The notes below the pieces were generated by a model that was not told the DNA's origin, searched no databases, and saw nothing but the letters and a program-made list of their open reading frames with translations. The translations under genes were made by a program, and so were the position numbers. Shown here piece after piece: positions 12,301 through 27,019 of a DNA stretch of 64,000 bases. The number at the start of each line of letters is the position of its first letter. The stretch's first letter is position 1. The DNA comes from Bispira polyomma (lineage: Eukaryota): the NCBI GenBank assembly GCA_965649765.1, contig OZ287759.1, forward strand, positions 1,550,001 to 1,614,000. Reading direction: 5' to 3'.

Positions 12301-15300
12301 TGGCCATACAGTTGTTGACAGGTTTTGTCTTTCTGGAACATATAGAACTGCCTAGCATGCTGGATTTCCTTATCTGTGTGGTTATTGACTCTGATGTCAT
12401 TATCCTTGGTTGTATTATAATAATGGACATTTTTCTCACAATAGCTAGTAGGAAGGTCAACTATGTCAGTGTGGACAGTTTCCATAATTGTAAGTGGTTG
12501 ATGGGAAATATCCCTTTATGGGACCAAAATATAACCATTTTGGCTATGATCAAATTTCTGGTAATAAAATGCACCAGTTTCCTTATACTTATGCAGAAAA
12601 ATGATAGGGGGAACAATCCAGCATACTCACAGAATGTGTACCAATTGGTTAACACAATTGGTTTGTCTCAATAACCTTTGTATTGGTGTAATTCGATATT
12701 TTATTATATTAGTTGACAGACATTTGTAACTCATGATTACTGGTTTTGTCTAAACATGTAGGTTGATAACCTGTGTTATTTAGACACGTTTTGCCAACAC
12801 TTTCCCCGACTAAGTAACGTCAATTTGGTGCATATTTTTGCCCCCTTGTTGGTTTGGTTAATAGAGTTACAAATACCAGTGTCATATATATTCTTCACAT
12901 TTCTGTCAACTGTACCATTCAACACATGCAAATTACTACAGTTATAACATCTATTAGTATCAATAAATTTGTCTTGATTAATTGCCAGTTTATTTTCACA
13001 ATGTTTTCCAATAACATAGCCAGATGAGTTCTGACCAGATTCATTATCAATATTATTATTATCAAACACTATGTCGTTGCTCTCTTAATTGTTCGTCCTT
13101 TTGGTTGTCGGTCTACTGCCTACACGTTAACTTTGTTTCCCTGAACTTGCTTATTCGGGTTAGCTTTGTAGCATTTTAATTTGGGGTGTGTCATTCTGTA
13201 AATTCTGGAAGCAGAGCCAGCAATTGTGCTTATACTGACCATGGTCAGCCTTGTAAGAACATCTGCCCGGATCGAACAATTTACACATAATTTCGTAATC
13301 TAGATTATTGAAAGTGCCCTTGTGTGCCCTCGTGCTTGAACTGTGAGGGTTTGACCCCTGTGAGTTAGCCATGGCTGATTGGGACACGCTTAAGCTATTC
13401 AATGCCCATTGGGTACTGTCCTTCCATGTGAGACAACCCTCCTCTAGCTCATGCATGTTCACGGCCCATTCATTCTTTACAACGGGCCATAGAAAGGATG
13501 CCGCATCCTTAAGGGTGGATATAAGCTGACGAAGCATCTGGTCTTTAGTGACTGGATCTGCTACTTGTATTACGTTACTGAGTTGGCCGCTGCCCACTGA
13601 GGAATTGAAAGCTTGTCAAAGCCGGGTTGTTTCTTTTGCGACACCATCCCAGTCCAACGTTCGTTGGCCCACCTACGTGTGGGTCCAGATGGGGCAACGT
13701 CTGTACAGTTAAACCTGCCCGACTTTTTTCGAGCTGGGGGCTTTCCTTGCAAAAGGTCGACCCTCCCGAGGATTTCGTATTCTACACATCTGGTAACTTT
13801 TTGCTGCACATCTGGCAAGGCCTTAAGAACATCTAGCGTTGGGACAATCCCATTACATGCGAATTCCTGCTGAGTTGGCCTGGTGTGAAACGTAGACGCG
13901 ACTGTGGTAGCATGCGGTTGTTGCTGGGTGTAACCAATCCTGGCCGAGGGTGAGGCTGCGAACGCACTTTGGCCACCATTGTTGAATAGAACCCTGTCTG
14001 CTGTGGAGCAGGAGATCCTAACGGAGTCGAGTTTGTTGAACCCTGCGCTTCCCTGTTAGCCTCTTCAAGCCGGAGGAGTACAGCCATCATGGAATCAGAA
14101 CCCAGCTGCACCGTGTTGTGGGTGATAACGTGGAAAGCAGATGAACTGTCATTATAGTGTGTAGTTTTACTAGGGCTATCGCTGATTGCGTTTAATAAGG
14201 TGTCACGCAAGTCACAGACTACATTATCAGTTACCTGTCCCCGTTTTGTAGATCTTTTAGATGATTTCAATTTACTTTTGCCGCACTAGTCACAGGAGTC
14301 TTTTTGGTTCTATCCATGGTGTATAGACGTCTGCATAATAATTAAAACAAATAATTCAAATCAAAACTAAAACCACTTGTAAATGTTTTTCTTTTCCTTT
14401 TTGAATCATGTAGGTGTGTAACCTTCAGTGTTGGATTTCAATATGGAGGACTCTGAACAATAGCTAGTTAGGGGTAGCATTGGTGTCGACAGGGGTGGAG
14501 AGATAGACAGAAGAATAAAGTTAAGGGTACCTAAAAGTTTAAGGTAGAATGTGTTATTATTGTGAACTGATATTACAGGCCCCTACGTTAGCGTGCTATT
14601 CAAACTAACTCCAATGAAAGAAATTACAATTGTAAAAACCATTTTGCTATCAAAACCGAATAATTTTTTATTAAGTTTACCAAACGCTGATGAAAAATTC
14701 TCAAAATGAATGCCATTATGTTCAACTTTATATAATCAAATAAGCCAGATAAAATAAATAGAAAAAATTTGACTTTAGATACTAAAAATGGTAGATTGAA
14801 TATGTTAAACCTCAAAAACTTTATATTTGGTCTAAAAGCTATATTGCTTTAAGGATGATTAAAAGAGACAGATTTCCCTGGATACAGCTATTTCAAAATT
14901 TAATATGCAAGAATTTAAACAGGCTCCTAGTATTAGGCCCACAGTATTTAGAAGATCTTTCAAACAATTTGAAAGAAAACGTCAGACAGAGTGTAACTAA
15001 ATTATTTCACTTATCAAAAAAGAACGACTACTCAAATTTAGTAAGACCATTTATTCCATATTATTTGAAATATATATTTAGGTCAACAAAGGGAGCAAGA
15101 GATTTTTACCAATTAATGAATCATATACAAATGACCATGCAATAAAACAAAAATGGTACAGTGAAATCTCAATGCATATAGATGAACAAACATAAAATTA
15201 TATATTCAATACTTTTCGTAATACCATTGCCAATAATAACTTGATATGGTTTCAATTAACGATAATTCATATAATTTTGGTAACAAGGAGTTACTTATTT

Positions 15301-15860
15301 AAAATTGGTGTAAGTAAAATCACTGGAACATCTCCATAAGGACATGAAGAACAAAATAAAGGTACATATAAACTTTGATCAATTCACAATAATACTTGGC
15401 TATCTTTTAAGCGACCAAAATCAAAAAACTTTAAATACGATAATTCTTGTAGCAAAGAAGCTTATATTCGACAGTTCTAAAAATAACCAGAAGCCAATTT
15501 TATATATATTAAGACATAGATTGAAATCCGTTTTTACACATGAAGAATACTTGGCTCAATTATCCAATAAAGATTTCAAGTTTATCAGAGATGGACTAAA
15601 TAGAAAGCAATGTTCATTCAGAGTTTTTTTGTGTTTTTTTAAAAAAATTTTTGAGGGGTGGATAGGCTGACTATTGAAGGTGTTGTTTCACTGCAATTGT
15701 AGTATGTAAGCTTGCAAGTATATATATACCGATATGTTTATATGAATATGTATATTGAAAATGTATGAAACATTTATTGTTTTGGTTGTAATGTAATATT
15801 GTATGTATTGTGGAAAAAAAATCATAAAAAAATAAATAAGAAAACTTTGAATAAAATTTC
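9361..15860 (+). mobile_element. Decayed L1/Tx1-like LINE, split by Ngaro copy N1
   Basis: LIDFEKAFDSISW, RQGNPISPY and KFAD motifs at 9420-9715. ORF2 C-terminal remnants (WFQLTI.H.IL, LNTIILVAKKLIF) at 14600-15600, and an A-rich tail at ~15815-15855. The element is absent from the paralog at ~43460. Confidence 0.75.
9720..14600 (-). mobile_element. N1: heavily decayed Ngaro-type YR retrotransposon
   Basis: Order gag (CKLFDPGRCSYKADHGQYKHNCWLC zinc finger, 13160-14330), RT (FGWVHGSAAFQR, YIND, 11137-12060), RNase H (DIEWFLNFLPKFN, 10600-11160), then YR N-part (10030-10540). Ends are approximate. Confidence 0.85.
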
Positions 15861-16759
15861 CATGGGCTTTACAGATGTCCATACAGATTGTACTCATTTC
15901 CCTCCAATTTCCAATTTTTGTATCTCAGCTGGGTCTCACTTAAATTAACCTTATTGTTTGATGTTCATTGATGCCCAAAGTGAGCACTAACATTTATCAT
16001 CTTTCAAGGAAACAGATAATATCTGACTGCAGGATTTGCTAAAGAAAACTAATTAAATTTCTACCTTTCTAACTTCTCTACAACTGTCCTTGGACGAAAT
16101 CAATGATTGTGATCAAAGACAAAGTGCATGTGGTGCATTTAACACCAATGGCTAAGTGTTAAGCATCTACCTTATGGATCAATGGCATGGGTGGATCCAG
16201 GAATTTGTAAAAGGGATAGCCCCGATAACATAGGATCTGATCTATGAAGGGGTTGTAAGTGTAGATAAGTAAGACCACTATTTTCTTGCATGTTTACACA
16301 TTTCTACCTGATTTATTGAAATTGAAATAAATACTATTTTATTCCATTTAGTGCATTTTTATGGTATATACTGTTTTCCGTTCAATTTTCATGTAAACAG
16401 AACAATGGTTGTTTATTGCAAATTTCTACTGAAGTCTAATTATTCTTGGCAAAATCAGGCCATAGTACACAATTTGTGCTGAACTAGCAGAATTGTTCCA
16501 TGCAATGTGAATTTGTACATTTCAATACCACAACTCAGCCTTGCAATGTAATCTATGTAATGACATATACAACATAGGCAAGCACCACTCTAATTGGTAG
16601 CTGAGCCTGCGTTTCAGTCCACATCTATTTGTATTACTTAAAGAGCTCTACCCCAAAAACATTAATGCTCCTAAACCTTAAGTTGCACTCAAGTTGCTAA
16701 CAGTGTGAATGCTAGATTCGATTTGACTTTCAATTAAGTTATTTTCCTGTTTATATTTT

Positions 16760-17930
16760 GCATGTTGTGCTATTGGTGTTTTTGATTTTTTAAAAATATT
16801 TTTATTGGTTTTTTGATGGCCCTTTTAACAATAATTCTGCAGACACAATGTAGGAAAGGGGATTAAAGGCTACACTGACCTGTTACAATCAACTTAATTC
16901 ACATAACTTACTATCACAAATATATTTAGTGATACTCATAAAACAAAAAATAGCTCCATATTGACAATTTTATTGTTCCATTAATATTTTCAATCTATTT
17001 CCATATTTTACTGAAATTATCAAAATTTGATTGTATCTTGGCCAGCATTTCCTGCTCTTTGTATATTTGTTTAATTACAATTTGTATAACAAGAAAATGC
17101 ATTTTTTTATTCAATTGAGCAAATTGGAAAAGGTAATATTTTGTCACTAATATTATTGTGTTAATTGGTGTAAAGTTTTGATCGAAATAAGGATAGCCAA
17201 TTATAATAAAGTAGTCAGTAAAAGAAATTTTTTATATTCAAAGCATGTAACATCCAGCTTGTTATCTGTTTTCATATTCCATTTGACATATTACATCTCA
17301 CAAACAAGTGGATAATTGATTCTTCTTCTAAGTTACATAGTCTACACTTTGCACTTGCTGAGATATTGATTTGTTTCAGAAAACTTCAAACTCCAAGACG
17401 GTGTGTTAGGTATTGAATCCAAGTTATACGATTATCTATCACAGTTCTAAAACAAGTTCTATATGCAAACTTTCAACTATCTATATCAATATTAAGATTT
17501 AAATCTCTATTTCATTCGTTATTACCGAACACTTTTTTTGAACAATTAAAAACATTATATGGAACTCTACTATCCTAATTATTTTTGGAAAAAATTCCTT
17601 TATGAGACGGATGAACTGGCCTTAGAAAGGGACTCTACGAGTCATTCTTTTTCAATGTAGTTAAATACCTATTTTGCAAGGATATAATTCTATAACACTC
17701 CAGGTAGTTCGCTTTGCTCAAGCCAAATTTGGATTTTATGTCTTCAAACTTGAGTACCTAAATCAAAAATTGTTCTGCTATTGGTGTTTTATTGCTAACT
17801 AAATATTATGCTCAAACCAATAAAATTGGATCTTACGTCCCCAAAGTTACTTTATACTATGTGTTAAAAGTAATGAGTTAACATTTCTGCACCAAAGTTA
17901 TATATGTTTGTGGGGGAACATTAGTCTGTC
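16760..17930 (-). mobile_element. Decayed L1/Tx1-like LINE 3' portion
   Basis: The minus strand around 17300-17430 reads WIQY...CRLCNLEEESIIHLFVRC, the ORF2 C-terminal zinc knuckle. A T-rich (minus-strand A-rich) tail lies near 16780-16815. Confidence 0.7.
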
Positions 17931-18161
17931 TTGTCAAAAGTAAAAGAAAAAAATATGTTAGTCATTGCTACTTGATTAAGAAAAAAGCCTATATACCAGG
18001 ATCTTGAATATCAGCCAAGGACACATTTAATAGATGTCAATGATTGTTGTATCAGACAGAGTAGATTGCCCAATCATCCCTCTAAGCCAATAAACTGGAT
18101 CCCAGGTACTCAGACGTGTGTTATTGCTCCTTGTATAAGGTCACACTTATATATTGTTAAT

Positions 18162-18342
18162 GAATCACGTCACACAGAGATATTGGAACACTTTACTGAA
18201 AACTGAAGCAGGACAACTTCTTCAGTGCCTATGTTACCACTACACCATAAAGGCCCCGTCTATTTGGTACATAACATCCCAGCACTGAAGAAGTTGTTCT
18301 GCTTTCAGTAAAGAGTTGCAATAACTCTGTGTGATGTGATTC
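18162..18342. repeat. Fold-back inverted duplication (~60-65 bp arms)
   Basis: 18162-18228 is the approximate reverse complement of 18282-18342. An unrearranged paralog lies at ~57450-57740. Confidence 0.8.
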
Positions 18343-19149
18343 TCAACCAAGATGCATATGTGAGAAAGTTGCAATTTGACTTGCTGAAAGCCATTGATTT
18401 GCAAAGTAGAACACCTTGTTAAGACTAAAAACTATTACTTCTTAATAAAGAAAGTCAAACTATTTTCTACAAACTATTTCTAGAAAGTTTCTTTGGGATA
18501 TAATATTACCTGAAAGAACCATTCATTCCTTGAATCAAGGAATGAAAAAACAAGGGACAACTTGAGTGTGGTAAGAATTATCTAGCCTCCCACCTCTAAC
18601 CTGCAGAAATCGATGAACAAGTACCCGGTTCTGATGTCTTCCACCAATAAAGAGCCTGTCATGACATATGAAACAAAATGGTGTTGGAATTGATATCCAA
18701 CCAAAACTAAACCCCTAGAAAAGATAATATCATCCCAAAAGGAATCTTTTTTGGTCCAGCTGTCTTTATCTAATCAAGGGACAAGTTAACTTTTGCCTTC
18801 TAATCAATTATGAGATAAATTTGGTCCTTAAATTTTGAATGATGTTATCTAAATGTCGAGGAAGTTCATCTTTTTTTCAAACAAAAGAATAAAGAATAAT
18901 ACATGTTTACTGGTAGCTTTAATATACTCATTTTGATATCCACATTTCTTACTCAACATTCAGAAACTCACCAGCATTTAACATGTCATGAAGTTGCTAT
19001 TTCTCTATTTTATTGACCAGCATTACTAGTCATGCAGCGACAAGAAGCATTGTCTATCTTTCAAAGATACAAAGAGCTGATTAGCAAAAAAGTAGTCTAT
19101 TATTAGCTTTAAGCTATTTTTCAAATAATTTGTTCATTATTACTTCTGT

Positions 19150-22100
19150 CCATCTTACCAAGAGACGAACTAATTGTATTACAGTTTACATTTTTAACAT
19201 GCCTTATTGATGCCAGGCATCTTCTAAAGGGCAACAACAGAATAAAATAAACCAACCGTGAAGAGGTTAAGCAAGTTCGAGTTTCAAGCTTTCTCCTAAG
19301 TCTAAAAAGTGCTTCTAGTGATCTAAGCTTGAATGCCCATAATGTAGGTGATTTTAAACAAAATTCGACTGTCTACAAGAGTTCAATACAATTGATCTTT
19401 AAAGTAATCTCAATTCCAGTATATGTTTGCAACCTTGAAGGTGATACTTTCATGTTCATGGTAGCTTACATGATAAAGACAACAATGAATTAAACACATT
19501 GGGGTATTTTATTAGTTCTATACATCAAAGTAAGCTAGGCAGTGCAATAAAAAGGGGACAGATCAACACATTTAGGTTTTTATAGATGGATATTTTAAAA
19601 TTTATATTAAAACGTATCCAATAATATCAAAGAAATAGTATTAATAATGGGGTGTCATTACTGTACCAAAAACAACCAAACTTATTGCTCCCCTGAATAG
19701 GAGGTATTAATCAATGTTGTAGAAAGACAAAAAAAATGTTAGTCAATCCATTTTGATAAAGGCAACACCTTCTTTCCAGGATCTTTGGCAGTTTTGATAG
19801 ACGTCAATCGTTGTTGTACCAGGCTGAGTCAAATTGCCCAATGACCCTTCTGAGCTGTTCAAATAGGCCCAGGACTCGTATTATCTAAAAAAACTCATGC
19901 TCAAAGTGATACTCAGCTAAAATGAAGGCTATGTGAATGTCATTGTGCATGGAATAAACTGATACTTGTTACCATTCATTTCACTTTAGGTTTCAGCGCT
20001 GAATGTAAATATGTAGTCAGATTTTCAATATCTTCACTCCAGCCAAAGATATGGGGGCTTTGCATCTGCACACTACTCAAAGTATAAGATCATTCAGGAA
20101 TATGGCCATATGCTATTTGACATTTCTTTTTGCTTTCTGTATAATGTAAACCTTTTTTTCTGTAAATGGTCTTTATATTGCTGAGCATACCAAACAGAGA
20201 ACTTGGAATAGTTTCTAACGTGGTGTTAAGGCATTACGGGAGTCAGTCCTGTACACCCCTAGCAATTTATTGAACAGTAAAAATATTATGAGGTCACAGA
20301 ATTCCCTCTGGTTACTATCCCTAGAAATTGTTTACAACCAACCTGATTGGGTTAAGTCTCACAGAAGCCAAACATTCCTGTCACCGGTGTTACTTTAAAT
20401 CTTACCTCCAAACTGTGAACATTAAAATTTTAAAGGAGGAAAACAAGTTATTTTAAAACATTTTAATGGATTTTAAGTTGAAGGACAGTTCTTATAATAT
20501 ACAGTGAATATAAGTGAACTGTTATACGGACATCGTTGACTTGGAATTCCTGGACAGCACTGTTTTGGCAACCTCATGCTTGATTTGGCCTGTTACGGGC
20601 ATCTAAAAGGGATGGCCTAACCTATAATTTTGGTTTATTTTGGCAAAACATACCACATCAAGCTTGATGTTCAACAAACAGTGCTACAAACAGATATTTG
20701 TGTACTCATTTCAGAAACAAAAACTTAAAAATAATTATGCTTAAAATGACTACGGCTTGGAGCAAAAATAGTTGAAAGATACATCTCCCACCCATGGGTA
20801 AAAAATGTCAGTTTGTAAACGATGACCAGAACCAAACGAGAGTTTTTATGGATGGTATGTGAAATTCTAACATGACACGGCTGTGTCCATGATTCTGATT
20901 GGCTGAACTCTATGTTAAAAATAACCGTATATGCACAAACCGAAGTTGTCTAATTTTGTGTGTGGTGTAGTTGATGCCCAAACAGATATAGTTCCTTTTA
21001 TTTACATCTTTTTGATTTTCGCCTTTGTGTTACTACACCTCCAATCGTGCTAAAAATTACCGTATAGCATGCTTTGTCTTGCATTATCCCTTAAATAAAA
21101 ATAAAAACATTGGTCAATATAATTGTCCTTTTGAAATAAACGAAATTATCAAAAACACTGAAAACCCAATTACATGAGAGCTAGGTTGCCCATGGCTTCC
21201 CAATTGAATGTGTAAGTATGGAAAATTGACTATTGGGATCAGCAGGTACTTGAACTGAGACAGTTTGGTTTCTTGTTAGGTTTTAACAGAGATTATGAGC
21301 TACTGTTGGAAGGGGAAAATCACAAATCTGCCACACAATTTTCTGAAAATGTGTATTTGGCTAAAGAAAAGCAATTTGTTACAATATTTTGCCCCTTCAA
21401 AAACATCCAATCAAAAAGGGTCATTTTTCACCTTTTATGACCACAGAAAAATCTAAAAAAAATAAAAGAGTGATAATTCGGGAAATGCTGGGATTGACAA
21501 AAACAAATACCTGGGTTCACATTTCTCTTTAGCTTTTCCTATAGTAGATCATATCACCAATAAATTGAAGAAAATTGGGCATGGTGCTCACACACAAATT
21601 TGACGTAAGTAGAGTGTTCTGTAATGTGAAGTTAGATCCCAGAGATTATGACCTGTTAGGTCTATACTGGCAAAATGCTTATGTTGATATGTGCTTCTCA
21701 TTTGAAAGTTGGCACGGCAGTCACATTTTGCAGCTCATCAGCGACAGTGTTAAGTATGCATTGCGACGTTGTGGTTATGACGTCATCAACTACATAGACA
21801 AATTCATAGGTTTTGGAACTCCCACAGTGATGATAAGTCGTTCAAGCAACTCTATGCATTGTTTCAAAATCTAGTTTTGACAATTAATTTGTGAAAAGAA
21901 ATTAATTTTCCTAAGTATGCAGGCATTTTGCCTGGGAATAATAATTTACACGGAAAAAGGTACTGTTTCTATATCGGCTGATAAATACTTAAAATGGTTC
22001 AGGAATGGAAAAGTAAAAAACAGTGCACAAAACGTCAGTTACAGTCGTTACTGGGTATCTTTCTATATGTTCTTCCATTACTGGGTTTGCTTAGAGGCTC

Positions 22101-25100
22101 TCACAATGGTACAAAAATCAAACTAAGGGATGACTTTAACAGAGATTTGGCCTGGTTTGATAAATATTTGGCAGTGTACAATGGAATATCAATGTTTGAT
22201 CACCAACATGCTCACTATATACTTGAACTAGATGCCTGTTTGACAGGTTTAGAGGGTCGACAATTTGGCATACCAGTTAGGCATTCCTATATGTTACAAA
22301 GGACGAGGAATTGTACATCTAGAAATGGTGAAGATTTTGTTAGGTGCAAGGCTCTTCTAAGGTCACTTGAAACAAAAACAGGTGCTGGGTAAATGTAATA
22401 ATAATGCGATAGGTAAGGTAATAATCGCCAGGAAAGCAAAGTCATTTTCTAGCTGTGTGTGCTCGAAATATCTGGTACATAGCTGCCGCAGCAGCCCACA
22501 ATGACTTTCAGTATGGGAAAAAATAAATAAGGGTAGCAGATCTGTTGTCTAGATGGCAGGGTAGTCATGCCAATTGGGTTGAGTTGGCTCAAAAAGTATC
22601 AAATCCTTTGAGGTGTATAGTGTCAAGTTACATGCTAGAGCTACATAATAAAATGTAATAATACATTGCAACCAGAAGCTATGCTTTGTTCTTCAGTTCT
22701 CAAATCACTGCAGAGGCTGCACACTCAAGCCTGCGACAGGATACAAAGTGCTTTCAGACCCAAAACACAGCAAAGTTACACAGCAATGTTCAAAGTGTTT
22801 GTAGCATTTTGTGTTTATGTAAATGTAGCTTTAAAAGCTCTACAAGTTGCAAGTTTATTTACATTTTTAGAATGCTTGAAAGGAAATGATGTTTCAGTGC
22901 AAATGATGGCTAATTATTTGTCGGCTATTTAAGCAAATTTTATTATGTTGGGTATAACTACAACTGCATTGGACCATCCAAAGATTAAAACTTATCTAAA
23001 AGCTGTGAAACTGCAAAGACCAACAAGATCAAAAAATACAATATTATAGATATCCTGATCTTAAAACAAATAGTTCACCAAATTTCCAACCACCCACCCC
23101 TGACTACAGGTCTGTATGTAAGATGTGTGTTAAACAGTAAAGTCTTTTTAAATGTAACTTTTAGCTTATATTTTAACTTTATATCTTAAATGTATGACGG
23201 TGTTGTATATGTCAGTATTATTTTACATGAGGGTCTTGTATAATAGGAAAACTACCCGAATAGTCTATATTAAAAAAATATATGACGAAAGAAGATAAAC
23301 AGTGCAATATAGTTTAATATACTATTTTGTACTTCCAGGTTTGTATTTTATGTTAACTACACTTTTTGACACTAAATGTCAGTATTATTTTACATTATGT
23401 ACTCATATACTTAAATTCTATGTGTAGACTCTAGGAACCCTGGTCCAAGAGGGTTGGACGCCTCAGACTTAAAGTGGGTAGTAGGTTAAGGCCACTATCG
23501 GCCAAATGTTAACCTGAGAGTATTAATTAAAGTATAATATTATGACAAGTTAAGGTAGACATAAAAGTTCGGCCAACTTAGGCCCCAGATTAAGGTTTAC
23601 TTAAAGTGTATGTATACATTAACTTGCTGTTAAGGTCACCTTAAATGTGTAACTAACACAATATATAAACTCTAACTGACCTGTAAGAAAGGTCAACTTA
23701 ATGTTAAAGTAAATATACTCTTGTATACCTGACTGTATATATATATTATAGTAGTGGATTTGATTATATAATAAACACATTTTCCGCATGCAGACGTTTC
23801 TGTCTTTGGATTGGGTGTAAGGGGAATGAATTTTAGGTTTATTTCTGTTGACTTGGCCAGCATGTACAAAATGGAACTCAGACATGTTTTGTGAACGTTT
23901 TATTCATGTAACTCGCAAAGACGTGTAATTAAAGTAGTATAAGTTTTGTGTAGTATTGCATGTGTAGTATTCTATTGTGTAGTAAAAAGGTAACTTACCT
24001 TGTTTAAACATTTACACTCTAAAGGCCATTACCTTAACTAGGCCCTTGTTGAAAAATTTCATGCAAATTGAAATACTCTTAGGCGCCTTCCACAGTGATG
24101 TGTGATTGAGCAACATGAACATTACCTGAAGGAATCCATTAACACTGAAGTACCATATCCCATAACCAAGGGACAAATTGGGTTTGGTATCCATACAATT
24201 ACCTAATGGATAGAAGTGTAACAAAAACCTCTCCTGGCCATGACCTTGGTCTGGAAAAGTCCAGAATATAGGCAGAAAAACTAAGCACAAAAGTTACATT
24301 GTTTATAAAGAATTAAGTCACTATCTGTAAATTCAACAGTAGTCAATTAAGTATGTTCCAAAGACCTATCGAATTAGATATGGTCAGACATCTCCAAGAT
24401 TATTGATTTTAAATAGATATATTTGCCAATAAATGACATTCATACTTTAAGATATATGGTGAACTAAAAGTGAAAAATCAAGCCTGTTATGAGTGTATTT
24501 ATTGTAACAGCAAGTCAACGTGTCTCCTGTAATAGTTTATACTTAGCCTAAGCATCTTTATGAATACCATGGGATTTAGGTGGTGTGTTTAGTGGTAACA
24601 CACTCACCTCCTACTCTGTGGTTAATGTTTCGATGTGGGAAAGTTGGTAGCAGACTTGCTGAATGCCAGTGATTTGCAGAACAAACAACCTCCATCAACA
24701 TATGTGATGTTAAGGCTAAAATATAATCGGTTGTAGCAAAAATAGTTTAATATCTTTCTTTGTAAGTAATCCATTTCACTCCAAATAATGATCCACATCT
24801 TACTTAACCTTCAACAAATACCCCTTCGTCTGCAATAAGTAATTTTGAATTAGTTGAATCAACTTTAATCAACCTCGTGGCAAGGCACCTACTGAAGGGA
24901 TCTTGTTTCCAGGCAATCCAGGCAATATTTATGAAAAACCATTTAGCTTACACTAAATCCAACCCCTAAATTAAGAAAAACACTATACACTTTTAATTTT
25001 ATCATGATAAGCTGATATACAAATAATTCCTAGATTTTCCAAATGAAATGTGTCTTTCCCACATTACCCATAAATTATCCTCGGAAGGAAATAATTAATT

Positions 25101-26450
25101 ATTAACATTTTTAACCCCTTTGTTGTTTATTGGTAGCCGATGGCATCTGTTACTCTCAGAACCAATGTCTGCCAGCAAGCAATCAACATCCTTGAAATAT
25201 AAATTTGTTGGTACAGAATTCATTAATATATAACATTAATGGCTAAGTATTAAGAAACCTCTCCTACAACTGCCTTGGATGATCAAATGTCTAGTAATTT
25301 CCCAAAGAAGCAAGGCTATTTTACAACTCAAATAATGTTGGTAAATATCTCCAAAAGTCAGCTGACCTATCCTTTCTAAGAATTGAGAAAAAATAACTCC
25401 ATTCTGAATTTTATTATAGCAGGATGGAGAGAAATCAGAATGACAAATGACTCCTAGGATTTTTGCACTGACAGTAGAAAAGTTCTAGCGTTTAGAAAAA
25501 CCTTCTCCTTTTATGCTGTTAAGGCCACTTGCATGACTTGCTGATGCAAATTCAACCATTTTCTATTTCTACTAAGTATTCTTGCAATTTTAATACTACC
25601 TTTGAAGAAACCCTTCATTACTTCATTTTCTACACAAGTATTGAAAAAGCAAGAAGTGAATTGATTGTGGAATGGAGTGTATTCTAACAATTAGCTAGCC
25701 TCCCACCTCTGCACCCCTGTCATGTTTGTGGTAAACTTGTCAGTAGACCAAACCCTCTGTTTTCCTCTACCAGTGGACTGCCGGTTGTGATTATAACACA
25801 AGAAATGATGAAAGCCAAGGTAAAAATTAAACTCAAGCTAACAATTATCTTATGCACGAATATAAAAGGTAATCTTCCCTTACAGTGACTGATCTGAAAG
25901 ATAGATGGTATTATACATAGAACGATGTGTATAAAAGTTCTACTTTTATTGTGTCAGCATCCAAAGAGGTAATGAAGATTTGAGATGTTTTGGAGCTTCC
26001 TTTAGCTGCAAAACAAATAAGAATTGTTACTACAGGTGATTAGCCATTCAACGTTTCTTGTCTGAAGCAGGTTAATTGCAGTCCTGTCTCATTTTGTGGA
26101 TGGTGGTATTCCTTACCACTATAAGTACAATAATATCTCTTGAAACCATGTAATCATTCACACTGGCAGAACCAAATTTGCATGTCAAAACCATAAGTTA
26201 ATGCTTTTCTTCAAGAGGTTAGTGCAATTGTCATTAGTTTTAACACAGTGACATTTAACTTGGTAAAGGAAGTTCCTCTAAAAAGCAAGTAATAAGTAAT
26301 AGGATGTTTAAATCAACATTGTCAAAAGAAGAGATGCCCTACTTGATTCAGTATAATTCCTATATTTAAAGTATTGTGTTGATCAGTAAAGAATAAAGTT
26401 TCAAGAGGTTATTTAAACTAGGAAGTAAATTAAAGCTACAGTTTGTATTT
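19150..26450 (+). repeat. Arm 1 of a large inverted segmental duplication (partner 45850-57330)
   Basis: Reverse-complement colinearity: 19700-20213 with 55830-56340; 23830-24510 with 55130-55830; 24730-25650 with 46620-47717; 26060-26420 with 45880-46200. Confidence 0.85.
20214..23828 (+). mobile_element. N2: heavily decayed, internally deleted Ngaro-type YR retrotransposon
   Basis: RT remnants (FDVSRVF..VKLDPRDYDLLGL, NYIDK), RNase H (LELDACLTGL, ADLLSRW) and a YR N-terminus (AFRPKTQQSYTAMF). The boundaries are set by the empty site in the inverted paralog at ~55825-55835. Confidence 0.8.
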
Positions 26451-27019
26451 TGCATACTATAAATGTTAATAGGTGTGCTCAGTTTTGATATTTTAAAGAT
26501 TATTTAATACTAATCCCACACAACATCATTTAAATTATCACTATTTTTACTACAAAAGCATATATTTTATTTTTTTTATACTATTTAATGTACTAAGTAC
26601 ATTGATGTTTAACAAAAAAAAAAAAAAAAGAGTTGAACCACTATATATATACAGAATAAAGTAAAGCAGGTACAAAAAAAGAAAAACGTTAATTATTACA
26701 AACATACTTAATCATACAATTAATTTCTGACAGGGGAAAAATACCCCAATTTACACATATGTAACAAATCCTAAATGTTGTTTGCATATACAATGTCCTA
26801 ATTACCATAAAGTTTGTTTCTATTACAATCAAGTACATTCTCACAAAAGACACTTTTGGGGAATTTTTTAAACTTTTACACGTATTAGTGTCACTGCCTA
26901 TTTCTAACAATTCAGTGCACAATGTCACACAGACAATTTGGGTGTTACTTTTGACTTCCCTTTTTGTTCGATGATCATATTTCTAATATATTTCCTGCTA
27001 CATTTATATTTACGATCTC

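Larger units (their letters stand above)
3320..16345 (+). repeat. Segmental duplication block, copy A (expanded by L2, L1 and N1 insertions)
   Basis: Colinear with 38441-43910 and partly with 58140-59071. Examples: GCACCACAAATCACAAA...CCATTAACCGG at ~4280, ~38735 and ~58410; 7440-7730 with 41200-41535; 15915-16345 with 43470-43910. Confidence 0.85.

Noticed and set aside
13095-13150. G_GGA_AAC as the N1 frameshift site
   Set aside because: N1 is too decayed to fix the frames and no clear downstream hairpin is visible, so it is not counted as support.
24012-24290. 92-aa ORF with a paralog at ~55380-55600 as a host exon
   Set aside because: The paralog has a stop in that frame, other frames are stop-riddled, and no family is recognisable. 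The similarity is explained by the duplication.
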